From positions 1,425,540-1,489,539 of the forward strand of contig NMRA01000034.1 of the NCBI GenBank assembly GCA_002633005.1: 64,000 bases of DNA, in the 5' to 3' direction. This document shows positions 45,001 through 54,003 of the stretch, piece after piece (within the stretch, counting starts at the first letter, position 1; the number at the start of each line of letters is the position of its first letter). Below the pieces are notes generated by a model. That model was not told the DNA's origin and ran no database searches. It saw only the letters and a program-made list of their open reading frames with translations. Made by a program: the position numbers and the translations under genes. This DNA comes from Phoronis australis (lineage: Eukaryota > Animalia > Phoronida).

Positions 45001-47731
45001 TCTGTATTAAACTTTGAAATCACTGCTGCAAATCTTTTTGGAAGAAATACATATCCACCACTGACACCTTTTGGTTTGATAAGTTTAAAGTGCACCAGTA
45101 ACTGGGAAGTTTTCCAAAATTGAAAAAAAATTTGATAATTGCTAAATCGAATGTACTTTCTAAATTGCACTGCAGCTACAAAAGATTTGAGAATAGTCAC
45201 ATACCCTACAATTAGTGACCAATATGTCGCAAAAAAAATTAGACACATCTATCTGTGAGTAAATAAGCAAATGCACAGCTGGAAATTATTTCGGACTTGT
45301 CTCTAGGTTTGTGTCCACCCTTTTACTTGCTGTATTCTGGAACAAGTTACCATACCTTGATAAGGAGGGGTAAATTGTGACAAACTATAGCATCCACTAC
45401 TAAACCTAGTGACAGCTCGTTCCTCAAGTACATTGTTCAAGACTGACTCGTATGGAAGGCACTATAGTTTTCTTGTTTCCGCAACCGGTCCTATTTAGCA
45501 ACAGTGCTACCTTTATAAATGCGATTTCATAATTCAGTAACATGCTTTAGCAGTGCTGCATGTAGGCATTCAATGCCTTTGATAACATCTTAGATTCCTG
45601 CTTCACTACAAGATATTGCGTTCAACTTCATAGCTCCTGTCATCTGAAAACGACAGATTAACTGGTGCAGAAAGAAAATGAAGAAACCTAAACTATGTTT
45701 ATGTATACAATTTTGAATTTGGTTTTAGCTATTTAAGTGCATCCACAGTTTAAAATGATATCACAAGACACAAGTTGGAACATGATGGCACCTGGACCTC
45801 ATGCCATGCTCTGCTTCGGGTAATTGTTAATATCTACAAATATCTACAGGCTGTCGTCATGTAATACTTGCAATACCCAGTCAAAAATTAATCACCCTTA
45901 TTCAAAACAAAGCTGTATTTTAAAATCTTTCAATGTAAATTAGATATCAACAAATCAACGCCATGTTATTTTGTAGCAAGCATCAGAGTAATTTATAGCC
46001 GAGCTCAATATGGAAAATTCAGGCACTGCGGCACTGTTCATATGGTCATGTAACACATATCCGTAATTTTATAAACTAATTGCTGATCCAAACTATTTGT
46101 ACCTTCGGTGAATTAGAAGACCAACTGTCAATTGATATGAAAGCCTACAATGACTGAAAGCCCCTGAAAAAAAGACCTTTACTTTTAATTACAATGTACC
46201 TCCACCGCTCAGAGGTTTTTGATATCAAAACACCAGTTTTAAACCAGATCACTTCCAATTGTAAACTTCACCTAACTTTTTCTTTACAGGTTGAGATAAA
46301 AGTGGACGAGTGACTCTGGGAAGAATAAGTAAGCCATTATTGCTATTGACGATTCAATAAAGTGGCCTTTCATTGTCAGCCGTCCTATTTCCAGTAGGAA
46401 CACAGTCATATACACCAATATATATAATCATCCTTAGATTGGTTTGTCTGACAGAGAGGCAGATGCCAAGAAACTACAACTAGCCAAATTTAATGAGTGA
46501 TAATCGGTCAATGAACTCTGAAGATACAGACTGAGGTAAACGCAAAAAATAAAATTGGCACTACTCAGATTTGAAAATTCACACAAGTCAGCAAAATTTC
46601 ACGAATATCCATCAAGGGGTTTTGGAGAAACAGCAGTGGACACTAGACAGACGGACGGGAATGAAGGCATATAACGCACTCCACACATATACATGCAGGT
46701 GCACTGACTCAGTTCTCAGAGAAAGACAAGAGCCTACAGTGCTTTTTAGAACTAATATGTCAATTATGCAGAGGAATCTGTATCTTAAAACAAACTATAT
46801 TTACTATAGGGTTTGAATTCGATTGACAGCCTGATGGCTTCACAACACTGTTGCTGGCTACGTACAGAAAATAGCTCGACTGACACAACAAACATGTGTA
46901 TGACCCCGTAAAATCTAGAGAGCAAGTGCCAACAATACAATTCCAAGCGACTGCACAGACGAACAAAGTTTAATCTGATGATTTTGAACATTTCAATTCA
47001 GCCTAGTTTCATGACTATACCAATACAGTGGTATAATTTGTAAAACAAATAAAGCGCCAATTCTCCTTTGTATTGCTCATGGCCATCAGGAAACATGTAA
47101 CGAGGTACTGCACGTCTGATAACTAGGCCTGCAATGTTTCCGAGAAAAGTTGTCTCCCATGTCCTAAGCCAATCCAGTCTTGTGCAAATTAGTAACGCAT
47201 AGTTATACTCTGGTTCTAAACAATGTTAATGTCCTCGGCAAAACATGACAATTAATGAATTGAAACACAGAGGTTGTTTCATACACGGCAAGTCGGTCAG
47301 ATTTCTGCGGTTGAAATTGCCACATCAGCCCGATTCAGTTATGGCTCAAATTAAAACCAGCATTTATCACGTATAAACTTTTTGAACAGTGGTCGCTATG
47401 TCAAACCCTAGTTGTAAAGATGAAGCTCCTACAGGGACAGAGATCTCATGCTCCTGTCGGTAAGTCTCACATACCCACCTGTACCTTGATCCAAAAAACA
47501 AATATTGCCCGCATAGTCAAAGGCGAGACTCTGAGGGGTGATGCATAACACTCGAAATGCCTCCGAAGAATTGTGGACTTTCCTCAATGCAGCACAACAG
47601 CTCATACAGATTGCCCATAATTCCCTCTCTGATAAATGGCAGTCTCGCACTGTCAAAATATCTTCTAATGAGATTCTCTCATCCCCTTCACTTAACGCTG
47701 GCAAGAGGTCAAAGTTCATGTATAGTGCCAT
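1..47731 (-). CDS. KNDC1: KNDC1 / very-KIND orthologue (2x KIND + RasGEF_N + RasGEF), spliced, 21 coding exons in window, 3' end beyond left edge
   Basis: Exons join with GT-AG boundaries and consistent phases into one open frame (~5.75 kb). Motifs match recalled human KNDC1: ISLEDILTVRDCHLSERELWAIC (KIND1), SLQEILTSLKSCLHESELWSVC (KIND2), IREEFAFDGYLENG, EKYCDLFW, AGTALGLMSYLY, QFFYCFRYF, CHPVHFMNS. Confidence 0.93.
1174..1324 (-). CDS. KNDC1: KNDC1 exon 20 (...MIEHAHNISYWVAAELVTSSSSK)
   Basis: TTGCAG| ... AAG|GTTATT; RasGEF S.WVAAEI motif. Confidence 0.9.
2492..2592 (-). CDS. KNDC1: KNDC1 exon 19 (EFFSRCHPVHFMNSQAQGIG...)
   Basis: TTGGCAG| ... AG|GTAAGA; phase 0->2. Confidence 0.9.
3112..3285. 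repeat. ~63-bp tandem repeat x3
   Basis: CACAT..GCATACTG...GTCAGTC.GT.ACA.T units. Confidence 0.7.
4017..4220 (-). CDS. KNDC1: KNDC1 exon 18 (...TLADYTSQTLAEQLTIIEQ; RasGEF start)
   Basis: TTTACAG| ... CAA|GTAAGT; CDC25-domain LAEQLT motif. Confidence 0.9.
6486..6630 (-). CDS. KNDC1: KNDC1 exon 17 (RSIDLIQVWLEGYFSVDF...FLQEQ; REM)
   Basis: TTTCAG| ... CAG|GTAAAC; phase 2->0. Confidence 0.9.
7981..8094 (-). CDS. KNDC1: KNDC1 exon 16 (NAITDGFIHQFFYCFRYFTTPRQLLDFI; RasGEF_N/REM)
   Basis: TTACAG| ... AG|GTAGGT; REM F..TFR.F..P..LL motif. Confidence 0.92.
8260..8492. repeat. 54-55-bp tandem repeat derived from KNDC1 exon 15 end plus donor
   Basis: About 4 copies of TTACCTGGCATATAAGTAGGACATGAGACCA... 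Confidence 0.92.
8462..8667 (-). CDS. KNDC1: KNDC1 exon 15 (MLYAEQW...HAGTALGLMSYLYA; RasGEF_N start)
   Basis: AAACAG| ... AG|GTAATC; phase 0->2. Confidence 0.9.
9279..9379 (-). CDS. KNDC1: KNDC1 exon 14 (coiled coil: MLAKVSNQIREMATKLMFLASAKRHLE)
   Basis: TTTTAG| ... GAG|GTAATT; phase 1->0. Confidence 0.88.
9692..10665. other. Near-identical 485/488-bp direct duplication separated by a single N (probable haplotype overlap artefact)
   Basis: 9692-10176 and 10178-10665 differ by 2 substitutions and a 3-nt indel; N at 10177. Confidence 0.85.
9700..11141 (-). mobile_element. Degenerate HINE copy (includes the duplicated block)
   Basis: End hairpin ATGCACCTACATAATTATGTGGGCACAT; shared internal motifs (ATGCTCTCCTCAACAGGAA, CCAAATTTCATGAA). 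Confidence 0.55.
11806..11938 (-). CDS. KNDC1: KNDC1 exon 13 (coiled coil: ENIEAKIGEINQQMAMEEKQRLKTQKYYKKLL)
   Basis: TTTTAG| ... G|GTTGTT; phase 0->1. Confidence 0.87.
13520..14620. repeat. Tandem array of ~130-180-bp units (HINE-type central repeat)
   Basis: Recurrent AAAATGGCCACTAG...AATGGTGCTGGC.CATTG...TGTGTCAAGTTTCATT..AATC...GATATCATC.GGAAAC. Confidence 0.8.
15438..15565 (-). CDS. KNDC1: KNDC1 exon 12 (GDSSDNV...EFEDQM)
   Basis: TGTAG| ... ATG|GTAAGT; phase 1->0. Confidence 0.85.
16205..16681 (-). CDS. KNDC1: KNDC1 exon 11 (DTSDDTDAEII...FST)
   Basis: 170-aa ORF; TTCAAG| ... G|GTGAGT; phase 1->1. Confidence 0.85.
17590..17740. repeat. 20-bp G-rich minisatellite (GAAGGAGGCGGGTGGTTCTT) x ~7
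   Basis: Direct tandem periodicity. Confidence 0.95.
19620..19800. repeat. Small foldback element with internal 31-bp direct duplication
   Basis: GTTCCGTAGATGCAAGAATCTCGT versus inverted ACGAGGTTCTTGTGCCTACGGAAC; TGTACTACATGGTGATATCTCGCGGTCTTGC twice. Confidence 0.6.
20741..20973 (-). CDS. KNDC1: KNDC1 exon 10 (SELQNRRKTDEY...AYSPFRP...RSYT)
   Basis: TTTCCAG| ... G|GTAAGT; open in the phase-2 frame (not the frame shown in the ORF track). Confidence 0.82.
21120..21530. repeat. Degenerate short-period tandem repeat (GTGCAGCTTGTTTATATGTAA-like)
   Basis: Recurrent AAGTG/TAGCTT motifs. Confidence 0.6.
22538..22676 (-). CDS. KNDC1: KNDC1 exon 9 (AEYVASLGNLKLLTFANAITEKYCDLFWQEELL...)
   Basis: TTTCAG| ... 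AT|GTAAGG; phase 1->2; strong similarity to the recalled vertebrate segment. Confidence 0.9.
23851..25966 (-). CDS. KNDC1: KNDC1 exon 8, 2.1-kb low-complexity S/P/K-rich linker ending in conserved IREEFAFDGYLENGVED
   Basis: 703-aa ORF extended to acceptor TTTTCAG|ACG; donor G|GTGAGT; phase 0->1. Confidence 0.93.
28960..29545. mobile_element. Foldback MITE with inverted arrays of ~21-bp subterminal repeats
   Basis: Left arm (GAAAATTTATCACGCCAGGA)n, right arm (TGGTGTGATAAATTTTC)n. Confidence 0.7.
30057..31384 (-). mobile_element. Helentron-associated non-autonomous element (HINE/DINE-1-like), spans assembly gap
   Basis: On the minus strand: TT + subTIR ATGCGCCCACA with partial inverted copy (hairpin), (GTCC)n microsatellite, central repeats, then 3' subTIR TGTGGGCGCAT, palindrome CAACGC-TCT-GCGTTG and CTCTTGT end. 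Confidence 0.8.
30317..31014. other. Assembly gap (698 N)
   Basis: N run. Confidence 1.
33297..33527. mobile_element. ~230-bp MITE (CAGGGCTTAGAAT...ATTCAAAGCCTTG), copy 1
   Basis: Inverted ends; second copy at 44442-44659. Confidence 0.7.
33811..33891 (-). CDS. KNDC1: KNDC1 exon 7 (LCSTHEQDSGMSSRAICENLLKNCRKM)
   Basis: TTTCAG| ... ATG|GTACGT; 27 codons; end of KIND2. Confidence 0.82.
34265..35800. repeat. Second array of the same ~130-180-bp unit (about 10 units)
   Basis: Same unit motifs and orientation as 13520-14620. Confidence 0.8.
36043..36201 (-). CDS. KNDC1: KNDC1 exon 6 (AAIFGLAASLFAAADY...MAQDNPNGRPTLSAVMQ)
   Basis: TTGTAG| ... CAG|GTAATG; 53 codons; kinase C-lobe RP motif. Confidence 0.9.
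36520..37670. repeat. ~50-bp AC-rich minisatellite interrupted by a MITE
   Basis: CACCTCAAACACACTTGAAC...CACTTAGCACTTAA units on both sides of 36762-37509. Confidence 0.75.
36762..37509. mobile_element. hAT-like MITE (CAGGGTTGCCAAC...GTTGGCAGCCCTG) inserted into a minisatellite
   Basis: 13-bp inverted termini with 1 mismatch; related right end at ~2340-2400. Confidence 0.65.
37697..37833 (-). CDS. KNDC1: KNDC1 exon 5 (PSYISLDTIAIAADGCVHF...FRAPEL...TQK)
   Basis: Not in the ORF track; ATTAG| ... AAG|GTATGT; KIND2 APE motif; phase 1->0. Confidence 0.9.
38825..39352 (-). CDS. KNDC1: KNDC1 exon 4 (linker + start of KIND2)
   Basis: TTTGTAG| ... C|GTAAGT; 528 nt, phase 1->1; SLQEIL...ESELWSVC. 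Confidence 0.9.
40825..41008. repeat. ~50-bp degenerate tandem repeat derived from KNDC1 exon 3 end plus donor
   Basis: ACATACCATCAT..GACATGCG.TG.TC in 4 diverged copies. Confidence 0.75.
40985..41234 (-). CDS. KNDC1: KNDC1 exon 3 (AHMFSVGMIMFYAAEY...RMSND; KIND1 C-part)
   Basis: TTGCAG| ... G|GTATGT; phase 0->1; kinase C-lobe-like helices. Confidence 0.9.
41400..42220. repeat. Tandem array of ~155-bp units of a different family (TGACCTTG/TCAAGGTCA-bearing), probably HINE-like
   Basis: Units start TTCAGGAGATATC..., contain GTGACCTTGAAAAT...TCAAGGTCACC; array ends in ACTATGTCCCC...GGGG. Confidence 0.7.
44345..44880. repeat. ~60-bp degenerate minisatellite
   Basis: TGTAGACC...ATGTAGCTTCCAATA.GAG..ACAACTT units. 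Confidence 0.7.
44442..44659. mobile_element. Same MITE, copy 2, inside a minisatellite
   Basis: Colinear similarity to 33297-33527. Confidence 0.7.
44930..44985 (-). CDS. KNDC1: KNDC1 exon 2 (EPLKMYVPPEYEKVGNSYK)
   Basis: TTTTCAG| ... AAG|GTAGGT; KIND YVPPE motif; phase 1->0. Confidence 0.88.
47479..47731 (-). CDS. KNDC1: KNDC1 coding exon 1 (KIND1 N-part, MALYMNFDLLP...FLDQGT)
   Basis: ATG at 47731 with an in-frame TAG just upstream; phase-1 donor ACAG|GTGGGT (an alternative phase-1 GT lies 6 nt upstream); exon acceptor TTCAG at 47826. Confidence 0.88.
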
Positions 47732-49177
47732 CTTCGTCTATCGACCCTTTACATCACTTGACTAATCATCAACTCAGTCGGCAAGTTCAATCCATACAGA
47801 AGTGTTGTTAAGTACTTTACACCATCTGAAATTAAAAGACACACAGTTACGCCTCGTAAAGTGCATGCGCTATTCAGATAGTTAAAATAATGCAACTTAC
47901 CCAGAAACCAAACCACAAACATTCAACTTAACACCCGCACTGCTTGATTAAGCACCCATTTCACAGATTACAGGACCCACAAAGCTTTGCATAAATTATT
48001 TCATACAACTATTTGTAAAGAGAAACGTTTTCAAATACAGAAAATGGACTGGTTTCGGGTAACAGTAATGTTGCACACTGTCACAACCTGGGTCGTATGG
48101 CTATGCATCGCAAATTTTTTGGTAAATTATGGCTAAAGAATAACGGAACCTGCTAAGGTAGAAATCACACTTCTTGTAAGTAGTTGTATAGGAGAGACTT
48201 AATGAGACAACCTCTAAAGGAATCCCTCTATGGTTAATGGTACTCATCGCTAAGAAGCCAGAACAGAATGTTCCGAAACACATCCAGTATATGCAGGGTA
48301 TCCAAAGGTGGAACTACCTCAAAGTGTAATGTCAGAGGGTCAATCTGTCCAGGTCACACCCAGGACATTGCATTCTGCCAGCAATAACGTAAAACTAGTT
48401 GTGTTGTCAAAATTGACACTCACCAAGTAGTCCACGCTCTGCACAAAGGTCACACAAGTAGTCCAGGTTCCATATATAGGTCATGCTTACACAGGAATGA
48501 CATCACCTAGAAAGAGTAAAATATGACCTTTAAGCATAAATTTTCAAAAATCACTTAGCCACCTGGCTAAGGGGTGAAATTACAATATGAACACAACACA
48601 ACAGTTAACTGAAAATACTGTTTAAAACTCATGTTAAATTGGAGTATGAGCTCAAGGCAAAATTAAGTATCAAGAAAATCCAATGTTTCTGACCTAGATA
48701 CCATTTTGAATGCACTGATTTTATGAATGCCATTCAAAAAGGAAAGAAGAACACTAGAGCGCATGTATCAGGTATATCAAAAACATTATTGATATATGCA
48801 TTTCAGGGAGACATATTTTAACATATCTGTGTCAGTGCCTGATTAAGCAATTGCAGGCCCATAGTCAGTTAAAGCATAGAGCCCCCCTAAAATGCCCATG
48901 CAACGATTACAACAAAGCAGGGATGAGATATAATTTTCACTATGGAAATGAAAAGCAACTGAGATGGCTTCTAAATGAAGAGACAGCGTGTAAACTTGGC
49001 AATGCTAGCTGTTGATCGAATTGGACGATTTCAGGATAATTCACACACCAGCAATAGCGGCTTCACGCTTGTGCAAATTATAATCGAGAAAGCTACCTTG
49101 TATACAAATTTGCGAATTTTCCTGTTTTACTTTTAATTAACAAACCCAACCAAACTGTAGATTCAAGAAATGATTAA

Positions 49178-51462
49178 ACAAGAGCAACGCGGAACGTTGA
49201 AATGCACCCATGAATGCCCAGCAAACAGTGTGCCAATCCATCTGAAAACAGGAACATGCCATCGCTTCTTTAATAGAAAGCTATTTAAAAAATTTCATAA
49301 AAATCTGTCAACGAACTTCAGAGAAACAAGGGAAAACTGAAAAAATGAAATTGCCACTATGAGGCACCAGGCCTTTATCCAGGATTTCGAAAATAGGGAG
49401 TCCACAATGGGGTTCCTGATATTTCACGGCGTCCATGATTCCGACGCATAACCCACACCCCCATGACCGTTCACCAACAACTTCCCAACCCCTACACATA
49501 GAGCTTTTTATAAAAAATACATAGGTCAAGGTTTTTACATCTACGTTTACAAAACAGCCTTCTGTAGTGAGTTTTTTTTACTAAAAAAACTATGCAGAAC
49601 AAGACATTTACATCTTAATTTACGAAAACAGCCAAGTAGCTTACCAAACAAATATTAGAGATATATTATAAGTTAAACGATGAGTGCATTATGTTTTTGG
49701 TGATTTCGACTCAAATTGATGTTATAAAGTTTGTCATGTCATTTTTATTAGCTTTAATATTCTGAAAAATGAGTAATCAGAGCTGGAGTTACAAAACAAG
49801 AAAAATGCACTTATGAAGAGTGATTTATATTTTGGCCACAGGTGTCACTGCTGTTCCATATTAAAACCTAAAATACATATTGAAAAGTATGAAACGGTCG
49901 CAAACTCAAAAATTTAAATGGGAATATTCTTGTGGCACAATATTGTATAGTACTTTTGCTGTTTTTAAAAAAGATGAAAATCATGAAGTTACAACTCGGA
50001 AACAACAGTTTGGAGTTGCACTAAGGTATGAATTCTACCTTCATAGCCAGCGGTGGAAGAAACTTTGACAACAAAATGTGCTAATTTTTGAAAGGTGTTG
50101 TGGCAAATCAATGCTGCCAATCAAGTGTGAACATAGCAACATTTGTATAAACTTTGTAATATATACATTGTATATTTCTTCCTGCTTTGAAAAAAGAGAC
50201 ACCCCTGTGAGCTCACTTCTCCCTTCAGCTATGTGCCTAGGTTTCCTAGTACTTAATCATTTCAATGTGTGTGACCAAACTTGAAAGGTTCTGATTGACA
50301 GTGGGCGTCCAAATGATACATTGAGCGACCTTGCAAGGGAGTCCAGATTAGTGCTAAGGCGGCCATTTGGTACCCCAGGACGTATGCTGCATAAAGGCCT
50401 GTGGGGCACAACGATCGGTGAATCCTCCTGAAAGACGTCGTCGTCTGTTGTTAGCTTCGTATAAATACAATAATTACTCAATTTAATAAAGATCCTGTGG
50501 TGGGTTTAGGAGATGCAGCTATGGACCCAAAACAAAACAAAACTACCACTAAGAGGCGCCACAGTAGTCGAAGACGTCATCGTCAACCATCCTCTTCACA
50601 CTGAGAACATATATGCCAATTTTCAAAACTATCCTTAGAATGGTTCGATTGATCGAGGGGTGGACGCCAAAAGACAGACTCGAAAACATCAAATATGGCC
50701 ACTAAGTGGCCCAAAGTACCTTGAGTCCATCCAAAAACCGGAGGATAGCATCATCTCACCAATAGATGGCTACATTCCAAATTTTCTGAAAATATGTTGA
50801 GGACCTTTGAAGATACAAAGTGGTAAACCTAAAAAACTTAAGTTGCAACTGGGGGCCACAACCGTAGTCTGATCCGTCCGAAAGTTGCCGCCATTCATTG
50901 CCAACATCATGTAAATACATTAGCTAAATTTAGTAAAGATCCTGCAAATGGTTTAGGAGATACAGTCGTGGGCCCAAAAATGCCACTAGGAGGCGCCACA
51001 GTAGTCAAAGTCGTCAGAAAATCATTGTCATCCGTCCTCTTTGTAGTAAAAACATACATGCCAATTTTCACAATCACCCTTAGAGCTGTTTGGTGGATGC
51101 CAAAAAGCAGATTCAAAATCAGTAAAAATGGCCACTAGGTGGCACATACTACGTCAAATCCATCCGAAAACGGGAAGATGGCATCAGCTCACTAATAGAT
51201 GCCAATATGTCAAATTTTATGAAAATACAATGAGGACCTTTGAGGGTACAGAGGTAAACGTAAAAAGCTAAAATTGCCACTAGGGGGCACATCGGTAGTC
51301 GGATCTGTCTGAAAGTTCACTCATGCCGTCCCATCCATGAAAGAAACACATGTGCCAAATTTCATGAATGTATGTCAAAGGGTTTTGGAGATAGAGCAGC
51401 AGACACCGGAAGGACAGAGATGACGGCATAATGTGTCCACATACAAATATGTGGGCACATAA
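49178..51462 (-). mobile_element. Second HINE copy of the same family with internal tandem units
   Basis: Same ends (ACAAGAGCAACGCGGAACGTTGAAATGCACCCA ... ATGTGTCCACATACAAATATGTGGGCACATAA); 51120-51460 closely matches 31015-31384. Confidence 0.75.
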
Positions 51463-51532
51463 AAATCAGTGTAATCCTGGCACTTGGTGAGTGTCTCCAC
51501 TTTTAGGGGCCTGCAGGTTTCTGTGTGCATGC

Positions 51533-52418
51533 TTAAAGGCAAAGGCAACCTTTGTTCATGTCATTTTAAGCAAAAATAAGGTTCGTTGATAATCCCAGAC
51601 ATATTTTTCACTTAATTACAGCTTTTCGTTATATAATTACTTATTCGTTCTCTACTCTGGATGTAACGTTTTGGGAGGCAAGAATTTCACGCCAATTTCT
51701 TTTCATATAGTCTGACTATGAGAGCTGTTGAGTCAGTCATCGTTCTACCTCGGCTGTGATAAGTTTGGTCATCGTTTGCTGTTGTTTATGAGTCAGTCAA
51801 CATGCCACACTGTTGCTGCATACCCGGATGTAGTCATTATCGCTCAGAGCCTGTAAGCAGCCTTGCTGCGATGTTGAGTAGTGGGAGTGAATACAGACCC
51901 AGTTCGGCACCCAGTGAACAGGGTAGTTCATTTGATAAGTTTATTGTGGACTTGTCTCAATTACTGGGGCTATTTAGAAGGAACCAGATGTGTGGCAAGA
52001 GAGTCACACGGCGGGATGTAAGCAGTTTGTGTGCTCAGGTCACTATCCAATGGGAGTGTGTTGCGGGACACTCGGGCTAGTGGGACAGTTGTTCCTCTGT
52101 TCATGAGATGATAATGAGTACATGCTGGTACACAGCAACAGTGTGGCATGTTGACTGACTGGTAAACAAAAGCAAACGACGACCGAAATTATCACAACCG
52201 AGATAGAACAATAACTAACTCGGCAGCCCTCAAAGTCAGACTACAAAAATAAATTGGTGCGAAATTCTAGCCTCCCAAAATGTGACATCTGGAGTAGAGG
52301 GCGAGTAATTGTTTAAGTTACCAAAAAGCTGTAACTAACTGAAAAATATGTCTGGGATAATCAACGAACCATATTTTTGCTAAAAATGACATGGCAAAAA
52401 GGTTGCCTCCACCTTTAA
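51533..52418. mobile_element. Kolobok-like non-autonomous DNA transposon with ~300-bp TIRs and THAP/transposase remnant
   Basis: TTAA on both sides, AGG...CCT termini, long imperfect inverted arms; internal decayed ORF MPHCCCIPGCS...KFIVDLSQLLGLF...C...WECVAGHSG*W. Confidence 0.75.
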
Positions 52419-53499
52419 GCCCTGAGAAGCACTACCATATCCGCCCTACAATTCTTAAAAAACATCACTTGCTCAATGGAGCCCCGCATTCTTGACATAT
52501 TGAAAATGGCGGGGTCCAAATACAAAATATATACCTAATCGGGTTAGCAGCTTCTCTGAGGCGCATTTGGTAACTTGGCGTCAAGCTAGGTGTCAAGCAC
52601 TAGAAATGGACATAAACCAAAAAATGGGAGGAAAGTTCTTGTTCAGTGTGTTGGAACTAATCAAATCAAATTCCTTTGACATATTTAAGAAACCACAAAC
52701 ACTAGAAACAGATTTATTGGTTATTTCCATCTTAACTCACTTCCCTGTAACAACAGCGAATCAAATCGCCAAGCTGCCATCTTTTACTCTTGGTTTTTTA
52801 CCTGATGACATTATGTAATGACACAAATGCTAAGCAATGACCCCAGTTAATGCTTTAGTTCACAAATTCACCAGTAGGTTAAAAATGCAAATGGCAGAGT
52901 ATAGCAAACCAATAGTAAAAAGTCAATCTTCGAGTGAATAAGTTCTTTCGAACGGCTTCATATCAGTGCAGGTATGTACAGAGGATTATTTTTGCAGATA
53001 AATGTGTTCACACAATCACAATTTCGACCTGAGGAGGTAAATATTCGACGTGCAATTTGAGTGTGATATGTATGACAATGACATAATTTTACAATGTCAA
53101 TATAGGGTTGGTTTACTGCATTCACAATTAACTGTGTTTTGACGTTGTCATTAACAACAAGCTAGCTGGCTCGCAGTAGCCCAACTCCACACACTGACAT
53201 GTAAACTATTAAGCATGCAAACAAAGACACCTAGCCAAACCTGTGCCTCTTTCAAACGTGACAGCAACCTTGGTACATTGACGAACCATCTACACAGGAT
53301 TCCTTGATTACGACGACTAACAGACAGAATTAAAAATGCTATCGATAGGGGCGCTGCATACCAACACAGGCAAAATGTGTAGCATTTTTATACATCTGAA
53401 AAATGCTAGAGACACAGTTGTACTGAAAAAGCTCCATCTATCTTAATTTTTGTTCCTTTAGTTTTATTTTGAATGTTTATCTGGTACAAATCAGATTTT

Positions 53500-53810
53500 T
53501 CTTAAAAATATTATTAGTACAATTGCCTCTGAAATGCTTAGAAACCACCTGATAAACAATATGGCGGCTTCCAGAATGACGTTTTCAGCTTCCTGACCTG
53601 CTGACTTCTCTCTATGTTGAGCTGCTTTTGGTAAGTGAATAATTCTTAGTCCATACGTCATTGACATGCGATCGCGTTTAAATGTGTTTCTGTGTTGCTG
53701 TAAATGCTCTTTTAGGTCTTTATGGGTGGCAAGTTTTCTGATTTTGACCGTGTTCCCCTCATTTGTAAATTTGGAAAATGCCAAAATGGCGGTGTTCACG
53801 GGAACCAAAG
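53500..53810 (+). promoter_or_regulatory. Putative HEATR4 promoter / non-coding first exon (donor at 53631)
   Basis: YY1-type AATATGGCGGC (53558) and AAAATGGCGG (53783), forkhead-type ATAAACAA just upstream, consensus G|GTAAGT donor, locally more CpG. Confidence 0.45.
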
Positions 53811-54003
53811 TTTCAAAGCTGTAGCAGAATAACCCTCGAGTTGTTGGTTTTCACTGGCTGCGTTAATGGCAGAGTATATGTATATATGTATAAGAATGGT
53901 GTATTTACTATAATTTACTATAAAAATGAGGTCAAAGGTTAAGTTACCACAATTTTTGTTACTGGGCTGAGGCTTGAAGAGTGTCAAGTAGTACAGCTAT
54001 AAA

